64,000 nucleotides of DNA from Candidatus Cloacimonadota bacterium (lineage in GTDB: Bacteria; Cloacimonadota; Cloacimonadia; G963667145), in contig OY762940.1 of assembly GCA_963667255.1 (NCBI GenBank), forward strand, positions 1,079,503-1,143,502, given 5' to 3'. This document shows, one piece after another, positions 35,357 to 45,973 of this stretch. Below the pieces are notes generated by a model that did no database searches, was not told the DNA's origin, and was given only the letters and a program-made list of their open reading frames with translations. The first letter of the stretch is position 1; every line of letters starts with the position of its first letter. The translations under genes and the position numbers were made by a program.

Positions 35357-37732
35357 ATGAAAATTTCTTTGAAATGGTTAAGACAGTTTATTGATTTCGA
35401 CCTTACGATAGATGAGTTTACCGACAAATTAACTTTTTCTGGTATAGAGGTGGAAGAGGTTATTGATACTCAGACAACCATCAAAGATATTATTGTTGGC
35501 AAGATTGTCAAAGCGGAAAAACATCCCGATGCGGAAAAGTTAAAAGTTTGCACAGTTTTCGACGGGAAAGCTGAACATCAAGTCGTGTGTGGAGCACCCA
35601 ATTGTCGTGAAGGCTTACTATCGGCTTTTGCTCCTGTCGATGCAGTAATCGGCGACATCAAGATAAAGAAGGCTAAACTCAGAGGATTGGAATCTTGCGG
35701 TATGCTTTGCAGTAGCAAAGAGCTATCCATCGACAGCGACCACAGTGGCATAATGGAATTGCCCGAAGATGCTGTTGTTGGCTCGCCTTTGTCAGCTTTA
35801 GGTTATGGAGATATTGTTGTCGATGTGGAGATTACGCCCAATAGACCGGATTTATTGGGAATGGTTGGTCTTGCACGCGATATTGCTGCTATTCTCGGCA
35901 AGCCTTACAAAAAGCCGGAAACAAGCGATGTAAAGTTTACTGCGGGGGAATTGCCGTGTGGGATTAAGCTGATTAATAATGTTCCTGAGGCTTCTCCGAG
36001 ATTCATTTTGTCCGAGATTAACGGCGTGACCGTCAGCAAGAAAATGCCTTTTTGGATGAGCACCGCTCTTGATTCTAACGGGGTCAATAAGGTTAGCGAC
36101 TTGGTTGGTGTTACCAACTATCTGCTTTTGGAGCAGGGTCAGCCTATGCACGCTTACGATATGGACAAAATTGAGGGTGGAATTATTGAGGTTCGCTTTG
36201 CTAAAAAAGGCGAGAAAATCGAGGCTCTCAACGGTAAGACTTATGAACTTCGGGAGACAGATTTGGTCATTGCCGATGCCGTCAAAGTCCTCAGTATAGC
36301 CGGTGTTATCGGTGGTAAGTCGTCAGCAATTAGTTTGGAAACCAAAAATGTTCTGTTGGAGATAGGGAATTTTTCTTATCCGTTCATTCATAAAACTTCT
36401 CATCATTTCAAGATTTTTACAGATGCTTCTTACCGATGTGAGAGGGATTTGTCGCCAAAGGCTTTGGGAGAAGTTTTGCCCCGAGCAACCGAGATGATGG
36501 CTCAAGTCGGCAAGGGCAAATTTCAGACTGTTTATGCTGATTCTTGTCCCGAGACAAAAGAGGATATTGTGGTTTCTTTGCGACCATCGAGAGTTCGCAA
36601 ATTTCTCAATGTTGAAATTTCCGACAAAAAAATTATCTCTTATTTAACCGATTTGGAGATTAAACTATTGTCTGAAAAAGAAGATTTGTTGGAATTTTCC
36701 GTGCCGTATTTTAGAGGAGATATTTATCGTGAAGCGGATTTGATAGAGGAAATTATCAGACTGCACGGATATAACAATGTCCCCTCGTTTATCAATAATC
36801 AAGTGATTGGCGATAGATTTAAGAGGGAAATTAAGCGGAAAACCGAAGATTTCCTTGTTCTGAATGGATTTTATCAAGCAATTAATACCAGTTTTGTCAG
36901 CGAAGATTTGAGTAGTGGGATAGTGGACAAACCGATTGTTGAGCTTATTAATCCTCTCGGTGCTGATATGGCTTTTATGCGTCGCGAGTTGCTCCCGCAA
37001 TTGCTCAAAAATGTGGAACTCAATCTGAATAAGGGTCAAGAGATTGTTAAGCTGTTTGAGTTGAACAAGGTCTATTTTGCCAAAGAAGATGGATTTGCTC
37101 ACGAGCCTTTGCAGTTGGCTATGGTTGCTTGCGGCAAAACCGAAAAAATGCATTGGATGAACAGCGGACACGATTATGGTATTTACGAATTGAAAGGGAT
37201 TTTGGAAGACTATTTGGATTTTCTCGGAGAGGACGATTACAAATATGCTATCTCTCAAAGTGAAACTGTGTTCGAGCCTTCTTGCAGTTTGGATTTGGAG
37301 ATTAAGGGGCAAAAATTGGTTAGCTTGGGAAGAGTGAAGAAAGCAATTACAAAGAAATTCGGTATTAAAAAAGATGTTTTTGCTTTGATTTTTGATTTTG
37401 AGAAATCTTTGTCATTGTTTGCTGATAAGAGTTTTCAGTTTGCTTTGCCACAAAAATATCCGTCTGTGAAGAGGGATTTGTCCATTGTTATCGATTTGAA
37501 ATACTCTTATGAGGAGATAAAGAAGGCGATAGAGAAAAGTTCCGCTTTTATCCAATCGGTTGAACTTTATGACAAATACGAAGGTAAGGGGATAGACCAA
37601 GAGAAGAGAAGTTTGACATTTGCTCTGAATTTCTTTTCAAAAGAAAAAACCTTGACCGATAGTTTGGTAGCGGAAGACTTTGATAAGATAGTTTGTGAGT
37701 TGCAAGAGAGTTTTGGTGCTAAACTCAGATGA
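35357..37732 (+). CDS. pheT: Phenylalanine--tRNA ligase beta subunit
   Basis: N-terminal MKISLKWLRQFIDFDLTIDEF, tRNA-binding domain, 791 aa. Confidence 0.9.
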   Translation: MKISLKWLRQFIDFDLTIDEFTDKLTFSGIEVEEVIDTQTTIKDIIVGKIVKAEKHPDAEKLKVCTVFDGKAEHQVVCGAPNCREGLLSAFAPVDAVIGDIKIKKAKLRGLESCGMLCSSKELSIDSDHSGIMELPEDAVVGSPLSALGYGDIVVDVEITPNRPDLLGMVGLARDIAAILGKPYKKPETSDVKFTAGELPCGIKLINNVPEASPRFILSEINGVTVSKKMPFWMSTALDSNGVNKVSDLVGVTNYLLLEQGQPMHAYDMDKIEGGIIEVRFAKKGEKIEALNGKTYELRETDLVIADAVKVLSIAGVIGGKSSAISLETKNVLLEIGNFSYPFIHKTSHHFKIFTDASYRCERDLSPKALGEVLPRATEMMAQVGKGKFQTVYADSCPETKEDIVVSLRPSRVRKFLNVEISDKKIISYLTDLEIKLLSEKEDLLEFSVPYFRGDIYREADLIEEIIRLHGYNNVPSFINNQVIGDRFKREIKRKTEDFLVLNGFYQAINTSFVSEDLSSGIVDKPIVELINPLGADMAFMRRELLPQLLKNVELNLNKGQEIVKLFELNKVYFAKEDGFAHEPLQLAMVACGKTEKMHWMNSGHDYGIYELKGILEDYLDFLGEDDYKYAISQSETVFEPSCSLDLEIKGQKLVSLGRVKKAITKKFGIKKDVFALIFDFEKSLSLFADKSFQFALPQKYPSVKRDLSIVIDLKYSYEEIKKAIEKSSAFIQSVELYDKYEGKGIDQEKRSLTFALNFFSKEKTLTDSLVAEDFDKIVCELQESFGAKLR

Positions 37733-37962
37733 ACAGATTATCTGCAATAGAAGAAAAAATTAGCAGGCTTGTGGAGAGGTGTAGGGAGTTGGAATTGGAG
37801 GCAAATCAAGGTGTTGTAAATTTTTCTGAACCTGACTTTGTTTCTGAGAATTTGGAAAATGAGTTAAATAATCTTAGGGAACAGTTGGGGAAGAAAGACG
37901 ATAAATTGAAAAAAATTGCTTCCAAGATGGAAAAATTAGAAAATCTTGTGAAAGATTTATGA
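37729..37962 (+). CDS. Small coiled-coil protein, ZapB-like
   Basis: 77-aa heptad-rich sequence immediately upstream of and overlapping zapA-like gene. Confidence 0.35.
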   Translation: MNRLSAIEEKISRLVERCRELELEANQGVVNFSEPDFVSENLENELNNLREQLGKKDDKLKKIASKMEKLENLVKDL

Positions 37963-38225
37963 CGAGTTCCGATAATAAGGTTCCTGTACAACTTAATATT
38001 TTTGGCATTTCTTACAAATTTATGGTGGATGCAGGGAGTGAAGACAAATTTAAAATTTGTGCAGAAAAATTAAATAAACTGATAAGTCAAGAAAGTGCGA
38101 AGAGGGGAGACGCGATGTCTCAAATCAAGATTTTAGTTTTGCTTTGCTTGGATTTTTTGTCTAATCAGATAGATAGTGAAGAAGTGATTATCAGAATAGA
38201 AAATTTATTAGATAAAAGCCTGTAA
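37959..38225 (+). CDS. zapA: Cell division protein ZapA-like
   Basis: PVQLNIFGISYKF N-terminal motif and about 88-aa helical tail. Confidence 0.55.
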   Translation: MTSSDNKVPVQLNIFGISYKFMVDAGSEDKFKICAEKLNKLISQESAKRGDAMSQIKILVLLCLDFLSNQIDSEEVIIRIENLLDKSL

Positions 38226-38414
38226 TATTTGTGATAGTTGGCTAATTATATCATTTGAACTAATTATAATTAGGGATGTAAGCTTCTACTTTTGGCTTGT
38301 GCCGAGATTGTACTCGGATTTGCGAAGTAGGTTTAGATGAATATCCCACCTTGAATTTAAGTTCAAGATAAGCTTAGCTACACGGTATTATGGGTTTTTG
38401 TTTTTTTTAAGGAG

Positions 38415-39968
38415 ATGTTAATGAATTTGCAAACTCTAAATTATACTTTATTTGGTGCTGCCGCATTTTTGGTGGTTTTTATTGTTTTTTTGAAGGTAAG
38501 GCTTTCCGGAAATTATAAGAAAGCTCAGTTAACCATAAAAGAGGCTCAAAAAAAAGCTGAGAAGATTATGAGCCAAAAATTAATTGAAGCTAATAATGTG
38601 ATTGCCAAAAAAGAGAAGGTGAGATTAAAAAAGATTGCTGGAAGAGAAGATGAACTCAGAAGGCAGGAGTCGGCTTATAACAAGCGAATTAGCAAGTTGG
38701 ATGCAAGGTTGGAGGCTTTGGACAAGAAAGAGGAGAGCTTGAAAGGTCTTGAGGATAAAGTGCAAGAGCAATCCAAAATGGTTGATGAAAAAGAGAGCAA
38801 AATTGACGAATTAATTTTGGCTCAAAACGACAAATTGTCGCAGATTTCCGGATATTCCAAGGACGAAGCTTTGGAAGTTCTTATGGGGAATTTATTGACT
38901 GATGCCAGAGAGAAAGTTGCTCGCAAAATAAACGACATTGAGCAGGAAGTGAAAGAGAATGCCAAAGAGAAGTCGGCTAAAATTTTGGCGGAAACAGTGC
39001 AAAAATTGGCTGTTGATTATGCTTCCGATTCTGTGGTGAATGTTATTACTTTGCCTTCGGACGAGATGAAGGGTAGAGTGATAGGACGGGAAGGTCGTAA
39101 CATCAGGACTTTTGAGAAAGAGACAGGTGTTGATGTGATTGTTGATGATACACCGGGTGCTATCGTTTTGTCTTGTTTTTCCGCTGTCCGCAGAGAGATA
39201 GCTTCTTATGCGATGCAAAAGCTTATTGAAGACGGGAGAATTCACCCTGCACGAATAGAAGAGGTGGTGGCGAAGTCCAAAGAGGAAATCGAAAGAAGAA
39301 TAGCTAATTATGGTAAACAGGCGTGCATAAAAATGAATATCGGAACAGTTAATAAGAATATTGTTAACTTGATAGGTAGGCTTCATTATCGCACGAGTTA
39401 TGGGCAAAATGTGCTAAAACACAGCATGGAAGTGGGTTGGATAGCCGGAATGATAGCTTCTGAACTTGGCTTAAATCAAAGACTTGCTAGAAGAGCGGGA
39501 TTTTTGCATGATATTGGGAAAGCTATAGATTTTGAGGTGGAGGGAACTCACGCTATTATTGGAGCGAACTTTGCCAAGAAAAATGGCGAAAAGCAAGAGA
39601 TTGTTGACGCTATCAAGGCTCACCATGAGGAAGTTGAAGCGACAAATGTTTATTGCCCGATTGTTCAGTCCGCCGATGCTATCTCCGGAGCGAGACCGGG
39701 GGCAAGACGCGAAGTGCTGGAGTCTTATGTTGAGCGTTTGGACAAATTGGAAGAGATTGCCAATTCAATAGAAGGAGTAAAGCAAACTTTTGCCGTGCAA
39801 GCTGGTAGAGAGTTGCGAGTGATTGTTGACCCTGAAAAAATACAAGAAGATAATTGCGTCTTCTTGGTAGAGGATATCGTGAGTAGGATTGAGTCGGAGA
39901 TGCAATATCCCGGGCAAATCAAAGTTACTGTTATCAGAGAAAATAGGATGTCAGGCATCGCCAAATAA
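38415..39968 (+). CDS. rny: Ribonuclease Y
   Basis: N-terminal TM helix, coiled coil, KH domain (GRVIGREGRNIRTFE), HD domain (GFLHDIGKA). Confidence 0.9.
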   Translation: MLMNLQTLNYTLFGAAAFLVVFIVFLKVRLSGNYKKAQLTIKEAQKKAEKIMSQKLIEANNVIAKKEKVRLKKIAGREDELRRQESAYNKRISKLDARLEALDKKEESLKGLEDKVQEQSKMVDEKESKIDELILAQNDKLSQISGYSKDEALEVLMGNLLTDAREKVARKINDIEQEVKENAKEKSAKILAETVQKLAVDYASDSVVNVITLPSDEMKGRVIGREGRNIRTFEKETGVDVIVDDTPGAIVLSCFSAVRREIASYAMQKLIEDGRIHPARIEEVVAKSKEEIERRIANYGKQACIKMNIGTVNKNIVNLIGRLHYRTSYGQNVLKHSMEVGWIAGMIASELGLNQRLARRAGFLHDIGKAIDFEVEGTHAIIGANFAKKNGEKQEIVDAIKAHHEEVEATNVYCPIVQSADAISGARPGARREVLESYVERLDKLEEIANSIEGVKQTFAVQAGRELRVIVDPEKIQEDNCVFLVEDIVSRIESEMQYPGQIKVTVIRENRMSGIAK

Positions 39969-40783
39969 TGAAAATTTTGTTCCTTGGGGATATCTATGGG
40001 AGTCCCGGTCGTTACTTGATGGAGAAATATCTTCCTGATATGAAACGGGAATTTGACATTGATTTGTGCATTGCCAATTGTGAAAACCTCAATCATGGGA
40101 GGGGAGTTAGCAAAATGACTATTTTGCAAATGAAAAAAGCTGGAGTAGATGTTTTTACTTCCGGTAATCATTTGTGGGATAACAAACCGAGCTTAGATTT
40201 TATCGCTGAGAGTCCCGAGATTTTGAAGCCGATTAATGTTCCCAAGAGTGCCTTGGGTGGAGAATATTTTTTGTTTGAAGCACCTAATGGGGAAAAGTGT
40301 GCAGTGGTCAATTTGATAGGACAGATTTTTATGCCGAATGCAGATATGCCGATACCTGCTTTGGAGGAGCTTTTGCAGGCGAAATTAGCCGACTGCCAAA
40401 ACATTTTCGTAGATTTCCATGCGGAAGCTACAGCGGAAAAAAGAGTTGTGGGATTTTACTTTGACGGAAAAATTTCTTGCTGTGTAGGAACGCACACTCA
40501 TGTTCAGACGACCGATGAGCAAATCTTGCCCGCAGGGACAGGATATATTACTGATGTTGGGATGTGTGGCGGACACTTATCGGGAATAGGTGTAAAGAAA
40601 GAGATAGTGATACAGAAAGCTATTAGCGGTATGCCGGAGAGATATCATCCTTCGTGGGAAGGTCTGGAGATAAACGCTGTTTTTGTGGAGATAAAAGACG
40701 GGAAGACCGTTAATATTGAGCGAATAAAACGAAAATATGAGCAAGTTAAAAGTAATATCGATTCTGCACCGTCTAAAAACTGA
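39968..40783 (+). CDS. ymdB: YmdB-like metallophosphoesterase (TIGR00282 family)
   Basis: MKILFLGDIYGSPGR...GNHLWD; conserved position downstream of rny. Confidence 0.8.
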   Translation: MKILFLGDIYGSPGRYLMEKYLPDMKREFDIDLCIANCENLNHGRGVSKMTILQMKKAGVDVFTSGNHLWDNKPSLDFIAESPEILKPINVPKSALGGEYFLFEAPNGEKCAVVNLIGQIFMPNADMPIPALEELLQAKLADCQNIFVDFHAEATAEKRVVGFYFDGKISCCVGTHTHVQTTDEQILPAGTGYITDVGMCGGHLSGIGVKKEIVIQKAISGMPERYHPSWEGLEINAVFVEIKDGKTVNIERIKRKYEQVKSNIDSAPSKN

Positions 40784-41594
40784 AATAAATGCTGACTTGA
40801 AGAAGTTGGGCAGAGTTCCCACTTTGGCTGTGATTTTGGTTGATGGCGATGAAGCCTCTTCTATCTATTCCGAGAGCATCCAAAAAAAAAGTTGGGAATT
40901 GGGTATAAATTGCGAAATTGTTAAATTGCCTTCTTCCGTTTCTCAAAAAGAGTTGGAAGGTGTTCTTATCTCAGCTGGGAATGATAGCGAAATTGACGGG
41001 ATAATGATTCAGCGACCATTGCCAAAATCTATAAACATTGACTCCATTTGCTCGTATTTGCCGGCAGAGAAAGATGTTGAGGGAATTACCAACGAAAGCT
41101 TGGGAAAAATTTTGTCAGGAGATAAAGCTCCCGAGCCTTGCACAGCCAAAGCGGTTTATGAAATTATCAAGCATTATGGGTTGTTGCAATTTGGCAGTAA
41201 GATTGCGTTGATGGGCATTTCAACTTTGGTTGGCAAGCCTCTTCTCAATTTGCTGGCTTATCGTGGCGGAGTCGAGATAACGATGATTGACATCAATACT
41301 CCCAATCCTCAAAAATATACCAAGCAAGCAGATTTGCTGGTCGTAGCCATAGGTGACCCCGAGGCAGTGACTTCCGATTATCTCAAAGAAGGTGCTGTGG
41401 TGATAGATGTGGGAATTAATCAGGTTTGCAAAAACGGCGAAGAAGTGGTGGTTGGCGATGTTGATTATGAAGATTGCTCACGGGTCGCTTCCGCTATCAC
41501 AGCAGTTCCCGGAGGAGTTGGCAGAGTTACCACTTTATGTATTTTCAAGAATCTTTTGTTTTTGTGTAACGAGAAGAAATTTTCGGTTTTGTAG
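40737..41594 (+). CDS. folD: Bifunctional methylenetetrahydrofolate dehydrogenase/cyclohydrolase
   Basis: PTLAVILVDGDEASSIY...MIQRPLP...ITAVPGGVGRVT motifs. Confidence 0.8.
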   Translation: MSKLKVISILHRLKTEINADLKKLGRVPTLAVILVDGDEASSIYSESIQKKSWELGINCEIVKLPSSVSQKELEGVLISAGNDSEIDGIMIQRPLPKSINIDSICSYLPAEKDVEGITNESLGKILSGDKAPEPCTAKAVYEIIKHYGLLQFGSKIALMGISTLVGKPLLNLLAYRGGVEITMIDINTPNPQKYTKQADLLVVAIGDPEAVTSDYLKEGAVVIDVGINQVCKNGEEVVVGDVDYEDCSRVASAITAVPGGVGRVTTLCIFKNLLFLCNEKKFSVL

Positions 41595-41603
41595 GTAAAT
41601 CAG

Positions 41604-42944
41604 ATGTCCGCTTATAAAAATGCTCTCGGAGACAGCAATATTAATAGAGCCCTTCTGAATATGTCGATACCAGCGATTGTGGGGATGAGTGTTGTTGCGA
41701 CATACAGTATGGTGGATACGATTTTTGTCGGGCATTGCGTTGGACCGCGTGGCATTGCGGGCATTTTCATCGGATTCCCCTATCAAATTTTCATTATGTC
41801 CGTAGCGATGATGTTGGGAGTTGGGGGAGGTTCTATAATTTCCAGAGCCTTGGGAGAGGGCAACATAGACAAAGCATACACTACGCTGAGCACTGTTGGC
41901 ATTGGGACTGTTGTCATCGGAGTGTTAATAACCTTAATCAGCTATTTGTTACTCCCTGTATTTTTGAAATTGTCTGGTGCAAAGGGGCTGGTATTTTACC
42001 ACGCCAAGCCATATTTTGCCGTAATGATTTTGGGCACTGTGTTTTTTATGATTTCCTTAGTTGCCAACTCTCTTTTGCGTGCTGAGGGGAAGAGCAATGC
42101 AGCTATGTGGATACTGGTTATGGCAGCCGGAATGAATATCATCTTGGATTTTTTTCTGATATATTTGTTCAATATGGGAACATTCGGAGCGTCCTTGGCT
42201 ACAGTGATAGCCGAAATAACTGCAGTTATTTATGTTGGATTTCACTTTTCCAAACACGGTAGCAGGATACATTTTGAGAAAATGATTTTCAAATGGGAAA
42301 TTTTTAAGGAGACACTTGTTCTTGGGTTTTCCTCTTTTATAAATCAGGTAAGTTCCTCTATTTTGTTGGTTGTGCTCAATAACCGTTTGGCTGTTTACGG
42401 TGGCGGAATTGCCATAGGAATTTTCAGTATTTATCATCGAATGGCAATGCTGATTTGTATGCCTGTTTACGGGCTCGCTCAAGGGATGCAACCTTTGGCT
42501 GGATATCACTTTGGTTCACGAACATTCGATAAGGTCAAAGAGGTTTTTCATAAGGCGACTTTTTGGGCAACGGTAGTCACGACATTGGGATTTGTGATTT
42601 TGGTTTTTTTCCCGTCTTTTGTCATCAGTATTTTTACCAAGAATGTGGAAATTTTGCCCAAAGGCAGTCACGCTCTAATCCTGTTGAGTTTGGCTTATCC
42701 TTTGGTAGGCTTCCAGATGATAGGCTCTATGGGGTTTATGGCTATTGGGAAATATCGCCCTGCTTTGATACTCAATACACTCAGACAATTGATTTTCCTG
42801 ATTCCCTTTGTTTACCTGTTGGCTCCTTGGCTGGGATTGTTTGGTATTTGGATTTCGTTTCCCATCTCCGATGTTTTGGCTTTTATCGTTACACTTATTT
42901 TGTATAGACGCTACATTCACAAATTGGAAAAAGAGTATAATTAA
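41604..42944 (+). CDS. MATE-family efflux transporter
   Basis: 12-TM protein with MATE-like N-terminal motif (PAIVGMSVVATYSMVDTIFVGH). Confidence 0.7.
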   Translation: MSAYKNALGDSNINRALLNMSIPAIVGMSVVATYSMVDTIFVGHCVGPRGIAGIFIGFPYQIFIMSVAMMLGVGGGSIISRALGEGNIDKAYTTLSTVGIGTVVIGVLITLISYLLLPVFLKLSGAKGLVFYHAKPYFAVMILGTVFFMISLVANSLLRAEGKSNAAMWILVMAAGMNIILDFFLIYLFNMGTFGASLATVIAEITAVIYVGFHFSKHGSRIHFEKMIFKWEIFKETLVLGFSSFINQVSSSILLVVLNNRLAVYGGGIAIGIFSIYHRMAMLICMPVYGLAQGMQPLAGYHFGSRTFDKVKEVFHKATFWATVVTTLGFVILVFFPSFVISIFTKNVEILPKGSHALILLSLAYPLVGFQMIGSMGFMAIGKYRPALILNTLRQLIFLIPFVYLLAPWLGLFGIWISFPISDVLAFIVTLILYRRYIHKLEKEYN

Positions 42945-42946
42945 TT

Positions 42947-43681
42947 ATGAATTGTTATTTTATTTCGGACACACACCTCAAGCCTGTGCCTAAAAGCTCT
43001 GACGATAGAGAGCGACAAATTCGAGTTGTGAAATTTTTGGAAAAGATAACAGGAGAAGCCGATTATTTGATAATCGACGGAGACTTTTTCGATTTGTGGT
43101 ATGATTGGTCTAATATCGTTCTTTCCGAATTTTTCCCCGTGTATTTTGCGTTAAGACAGTTGGCAAATTCAGGATGCAAAATCAAAATGTTGTCAGGGAA
43201 TCACGATTTCTATTTTCGTTTTTTCTTGCAAAAATATCTTGATATAGAAATATTTGCGGACAGTTGTAGCTTGGAAATTGACAACAAGAGGGTTTTTGTA
43301 ACTCATGGCGATTCTCATAGTCAAAACGATTTTAGATATAAGATTTATAAATACCTTATTCGTTCCAAAATTTTTGAGATATTTTTTGGCATTGTTCATC
43401 CGGTTACAGCGATAAAAATCGGCTCTCTTGCTTCGAGAAGTTCTAGAAATAGAAAAACTGATACCAAAAAATTAGAAAGAAAAGAGAACGATTTTTTGCA
43501 ATTTGCTGAAAACAAAATAAAAAACGAAAATTTTGATTTGGTTGTAATGGGGCACACTCACAATCCTATTTTAAAAAAAATAGAGAACGGTTTTTATGCC
43601 AATTGTGGAGATTGGCTTACACACAACTCATTTGTTCAGTTAAAAGACGGCAAAGTTTTTTTAGATAGGTTTGAGTTTTGA
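42947..43681 (+). CDS. Calcineurin-like metallophosphoesterase, LpxH-like
   Basis: FISDTHL ... IDGDFFDLW ... GNHDF motif series. Confidence 0.55.
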   Translation: MNCYFISDTHLKPVPKSSDDRERQIRVVKFLEKITGEADYLIIDGDFFDLWYDWSNIVLSEFFPVYFALRQLANSGCKIKMLSGNHDFYFRFFLQKYLDIEIFADSCSLEIDNKRVFVTHGDSHSQNDFRYKIYKYLIRSKIFEIFFGIVHPVTAIKIGSLASRSSRNRKTDTKKLERKENDFLQFAENKIKNENFDLVVMGHTHNPILKKIENGFYANCGDWLTHNSFVQLKDGKVFLDRFEF

Positions 43682-43740
43682 TAAAAAGCAACGGGATATT
43701 TGTAAAAGTGAGTAAATGAAATTAATAAAAGGGGATTATT

Positions 43741-44499
43741 GTGGCTAAGTATAATGTTTCTTCGTCGGTTGGAAAGGCTTTTCGTCTATTGGAGTGTATA
43801 GCCGCCAATCAACCGATGACTGCACCCGAAGTTTCTCAAAAGTTAAAATTTAACAAGACTAATACTTACAGATTGTTATCGACTTTGAGTGAAATTGGCT
43901 ATATTTATAAAGGAGACAGAGGATATAATTTAACATTTAAGCTTTTGTCTTTGGGCAGAACTGCTCCGGTGACCAAAGTTATCAAAAATATTGCCGAGCC
44001 TGTTATGGAAAAATTGATGAACTTGGTGCATGAAAATGTGTATCTTACAAGTATGATAGATACAAAGGTATTTGCAATTCATACTATTAGGTCGCCTGAA
44101 CACCATCTTATGCTTAATCCCGAGAAAACTTCCGTTTTCCCTATCCATTCTTGTTCTTCAGGAAAATTATTTTTGGCATATTTGCCCAAAGATAAAAGGG
44201 GAAAAATAATGAGCAAATTAAAATTTGAGAAATTAACCGAAACCACTATCACAGACAAAGATAAATTTATTAAAGAGTTGGATAAATGTAAAAAGCAAGG
44301 ATATGCTATCGAGAATAGAGAATTTTCGGATGAACTTATAAGCATTAGTGCTCCTATTTTTGGTGTAGAAGATGAAGTGTTGACTTGTTTGTCTGTTTCT
44401 GGTCCGAATATTAGGATTTCGCATGAATTTTTGGAAAGATACTCGGATGATGTTGTTAGATTTGCTGATGAGATTACCAATCATCTTCGTCTAAATTAA
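43741..44499 (+). CDS. IclR-family transcriptional regulator
   Basis: N-terminal wHTH (VGKAFRLLECIA...MTAPEVSQKLKFNKTNTYRLLSTL) and C-terminal effector domain. Confidence 0.75.
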   Translation: MAKYNVSSSVGKAFRLLECIAANQPMTAPEVSQKLKFNKTNTYRLLSTLSEIGYIYKGDRGYNLTFKLLSLGRTAPVTKVIKNIAEPVMEKLMNLVHENVYLTSMIDTKVFAIHTIRSPEHHLMLNPEKTSVFPIHSCSSGKLFLAYLPKDKRGKIMSKLKFEKLTETTITDKDKFIKELDKCKKQGYAIENREFSDELISISAPIFGVEDEVLTCLSVSGPNIRISHEFLERYSDDVVRFADEITNHLRLN

Positions 44500-44524
44500 T
44501 TTCTATAAAAAAGGAATATTGTTT

Positions 44525-45781
44525 ATGATAGTTTGTAAATTTGGTGGAACATCTTTGGCAGATGCCGAGAATATAAAGAAAGTTGCTTCTATAATCAAAA
44601 GCGACCCAGAGAGGTCAATGGTGGTTGTTTCAGCTCCGGGGAAAAGATTTGATAGTGATATCAAGGTAACAGATTTGTTATACAGTTTGGCTGCAAATAA
44701 ATCGGAGAAGATTAAATTTGAACAAATTTTGCATGAGATAAAATCGAGATTTGTGCAGATGATAAAAGAGCTTGAAGTTGAAGGTAAATCCGTTTTGAAT
44801 AGTTTGGATATTATTGCCGAAGAAATTTTGCAGGGAGTTAGCCAAGATTTTGTAGCATCTCGTGGGGAGTATCTCAACGCTTTGTTGATTAGTGAATATA
44901 TGGGTTTTAAGTTCGTGGATTCTACGGAATTTGTTCGCCTTTATGATGACGGCAGTATTAATCCCGAAACTTATGAATTGGGGAAGAAAGCTCTGGATAA
45001 AAAAGTGCCGACCATAGTTCCTGGGTTTTATGGACTGGATAGTGGTGGTCATATTAAAACTTTTTCTAGAGGTGGGTCTGATATTTCAGGTGCAATTTTG
45101 GCTGTTTGCGTTGATGCCGATTTGTATCAAAACTGGACAGATGTTTCAGGTGTGTTGGCTGCCGACCCACGCATCGCACAGTCACCTGCTTTAGTCCCCG
45201 AGATTACCTATGCGGAGTTACGACAGCTTGCATGCTTTGGAGCAAATGTTTTTCATAGTGCGGCGATTGCTCCGGTTGCCAGTGCAGGCATTCCGATACA
45301 GATAAAAAATACGCTAATTCCTGAGGCGGAAGGCACGACTATTTCCTGTGAACGACAAATTGACAAAATGCCCATTGTCGGTGTTTCTGGTTTGCAAAAT
45401 TTGAAAAGAGTTTGGGTGAACAAAGAGAATTTGAGTCAAAAAAACCTTTCCGAGTTAATTAATGAAATTAGTCATTTCGGGTTTAATCCATTCTTTTCGC
45501 GTTTGGCTACAGATTATGCTTATGTCTATGGGACTTGCCTTGAGAGCAGTTCTCCTGATTCTTTGCAATCCAAATTTAATCTTAGCGAAGAAGAGTTCAG
45601 CGTAGTCGGAATTGTAGGACAAAGATTGTCGTGGGACAGGATTTTACCTATGATTAATTCATTGAAATCTATAGATGTTATAGAGGTGAGCTTCGAGGCT
45701 TTATCTTCTACTGTTATAGTTGTAGTAAAGAATTCTGACTACAAAAAAACTTTGCAGATTTTGGCTAAGTTGATAAATTAA
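44525..45781 (+). CDS. Aspartate kinase
   Basis: KFGGTSLAD N-terminal amino-acid-kinase motif, VVVSAPG, about 420 aa. Confidence 0.7.
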   Translation: MIVCKFGGTSLADAENIKKVASIIKSDPERSMVVVSAPGKRFDSDIKVTDLLYSLAANKSEKIKFEQILHEIKSRFVQMIKELEVEGKSVLNSLDIIAEEILQGVSQDFVASRGEYLNALLISEYMGFKFVDSTEFVRLYDDGSINPETYELGKKALDKKVPTIVPGFYGLDSGGHIKTFSRGGSDISGAILAVCVDADLYQNWTDVSGVLAADPRIAQSPALVPEITYAELRQLACFGANVFHSAAIAPVASAGIPIQIKNTLIPEAEGTTISCERQIDKMPIVGVSGLQNLKRVWVNKENLSQKNLSELINEISHFGFNPFFSRLATDYAYVYGTCLESSSPDSLQSKFNLSEEEFSVVGIVGQRLSWDRILPMINSLKSIDVIEVSFEALSSTVIVVVKNSDYKKTLQILAKLIN

Positions 45782-45973
45782 CCCAAAAAAGCCAGTAGCA
45801 TAGTTGAAAAATAGAAATATAAAAATCCCCGCAATTTTGTAATAATTTTATTTTACAGTGCGTTGTGAGCTTAAAAAAGATTAAAAATTAATTGACACGG
45901 ACAAAGCTTTTCTTATCTATGCCCGTAGTGACCTGTATATACATAAACTAATTTCAAATAAGGAGAGATATAA

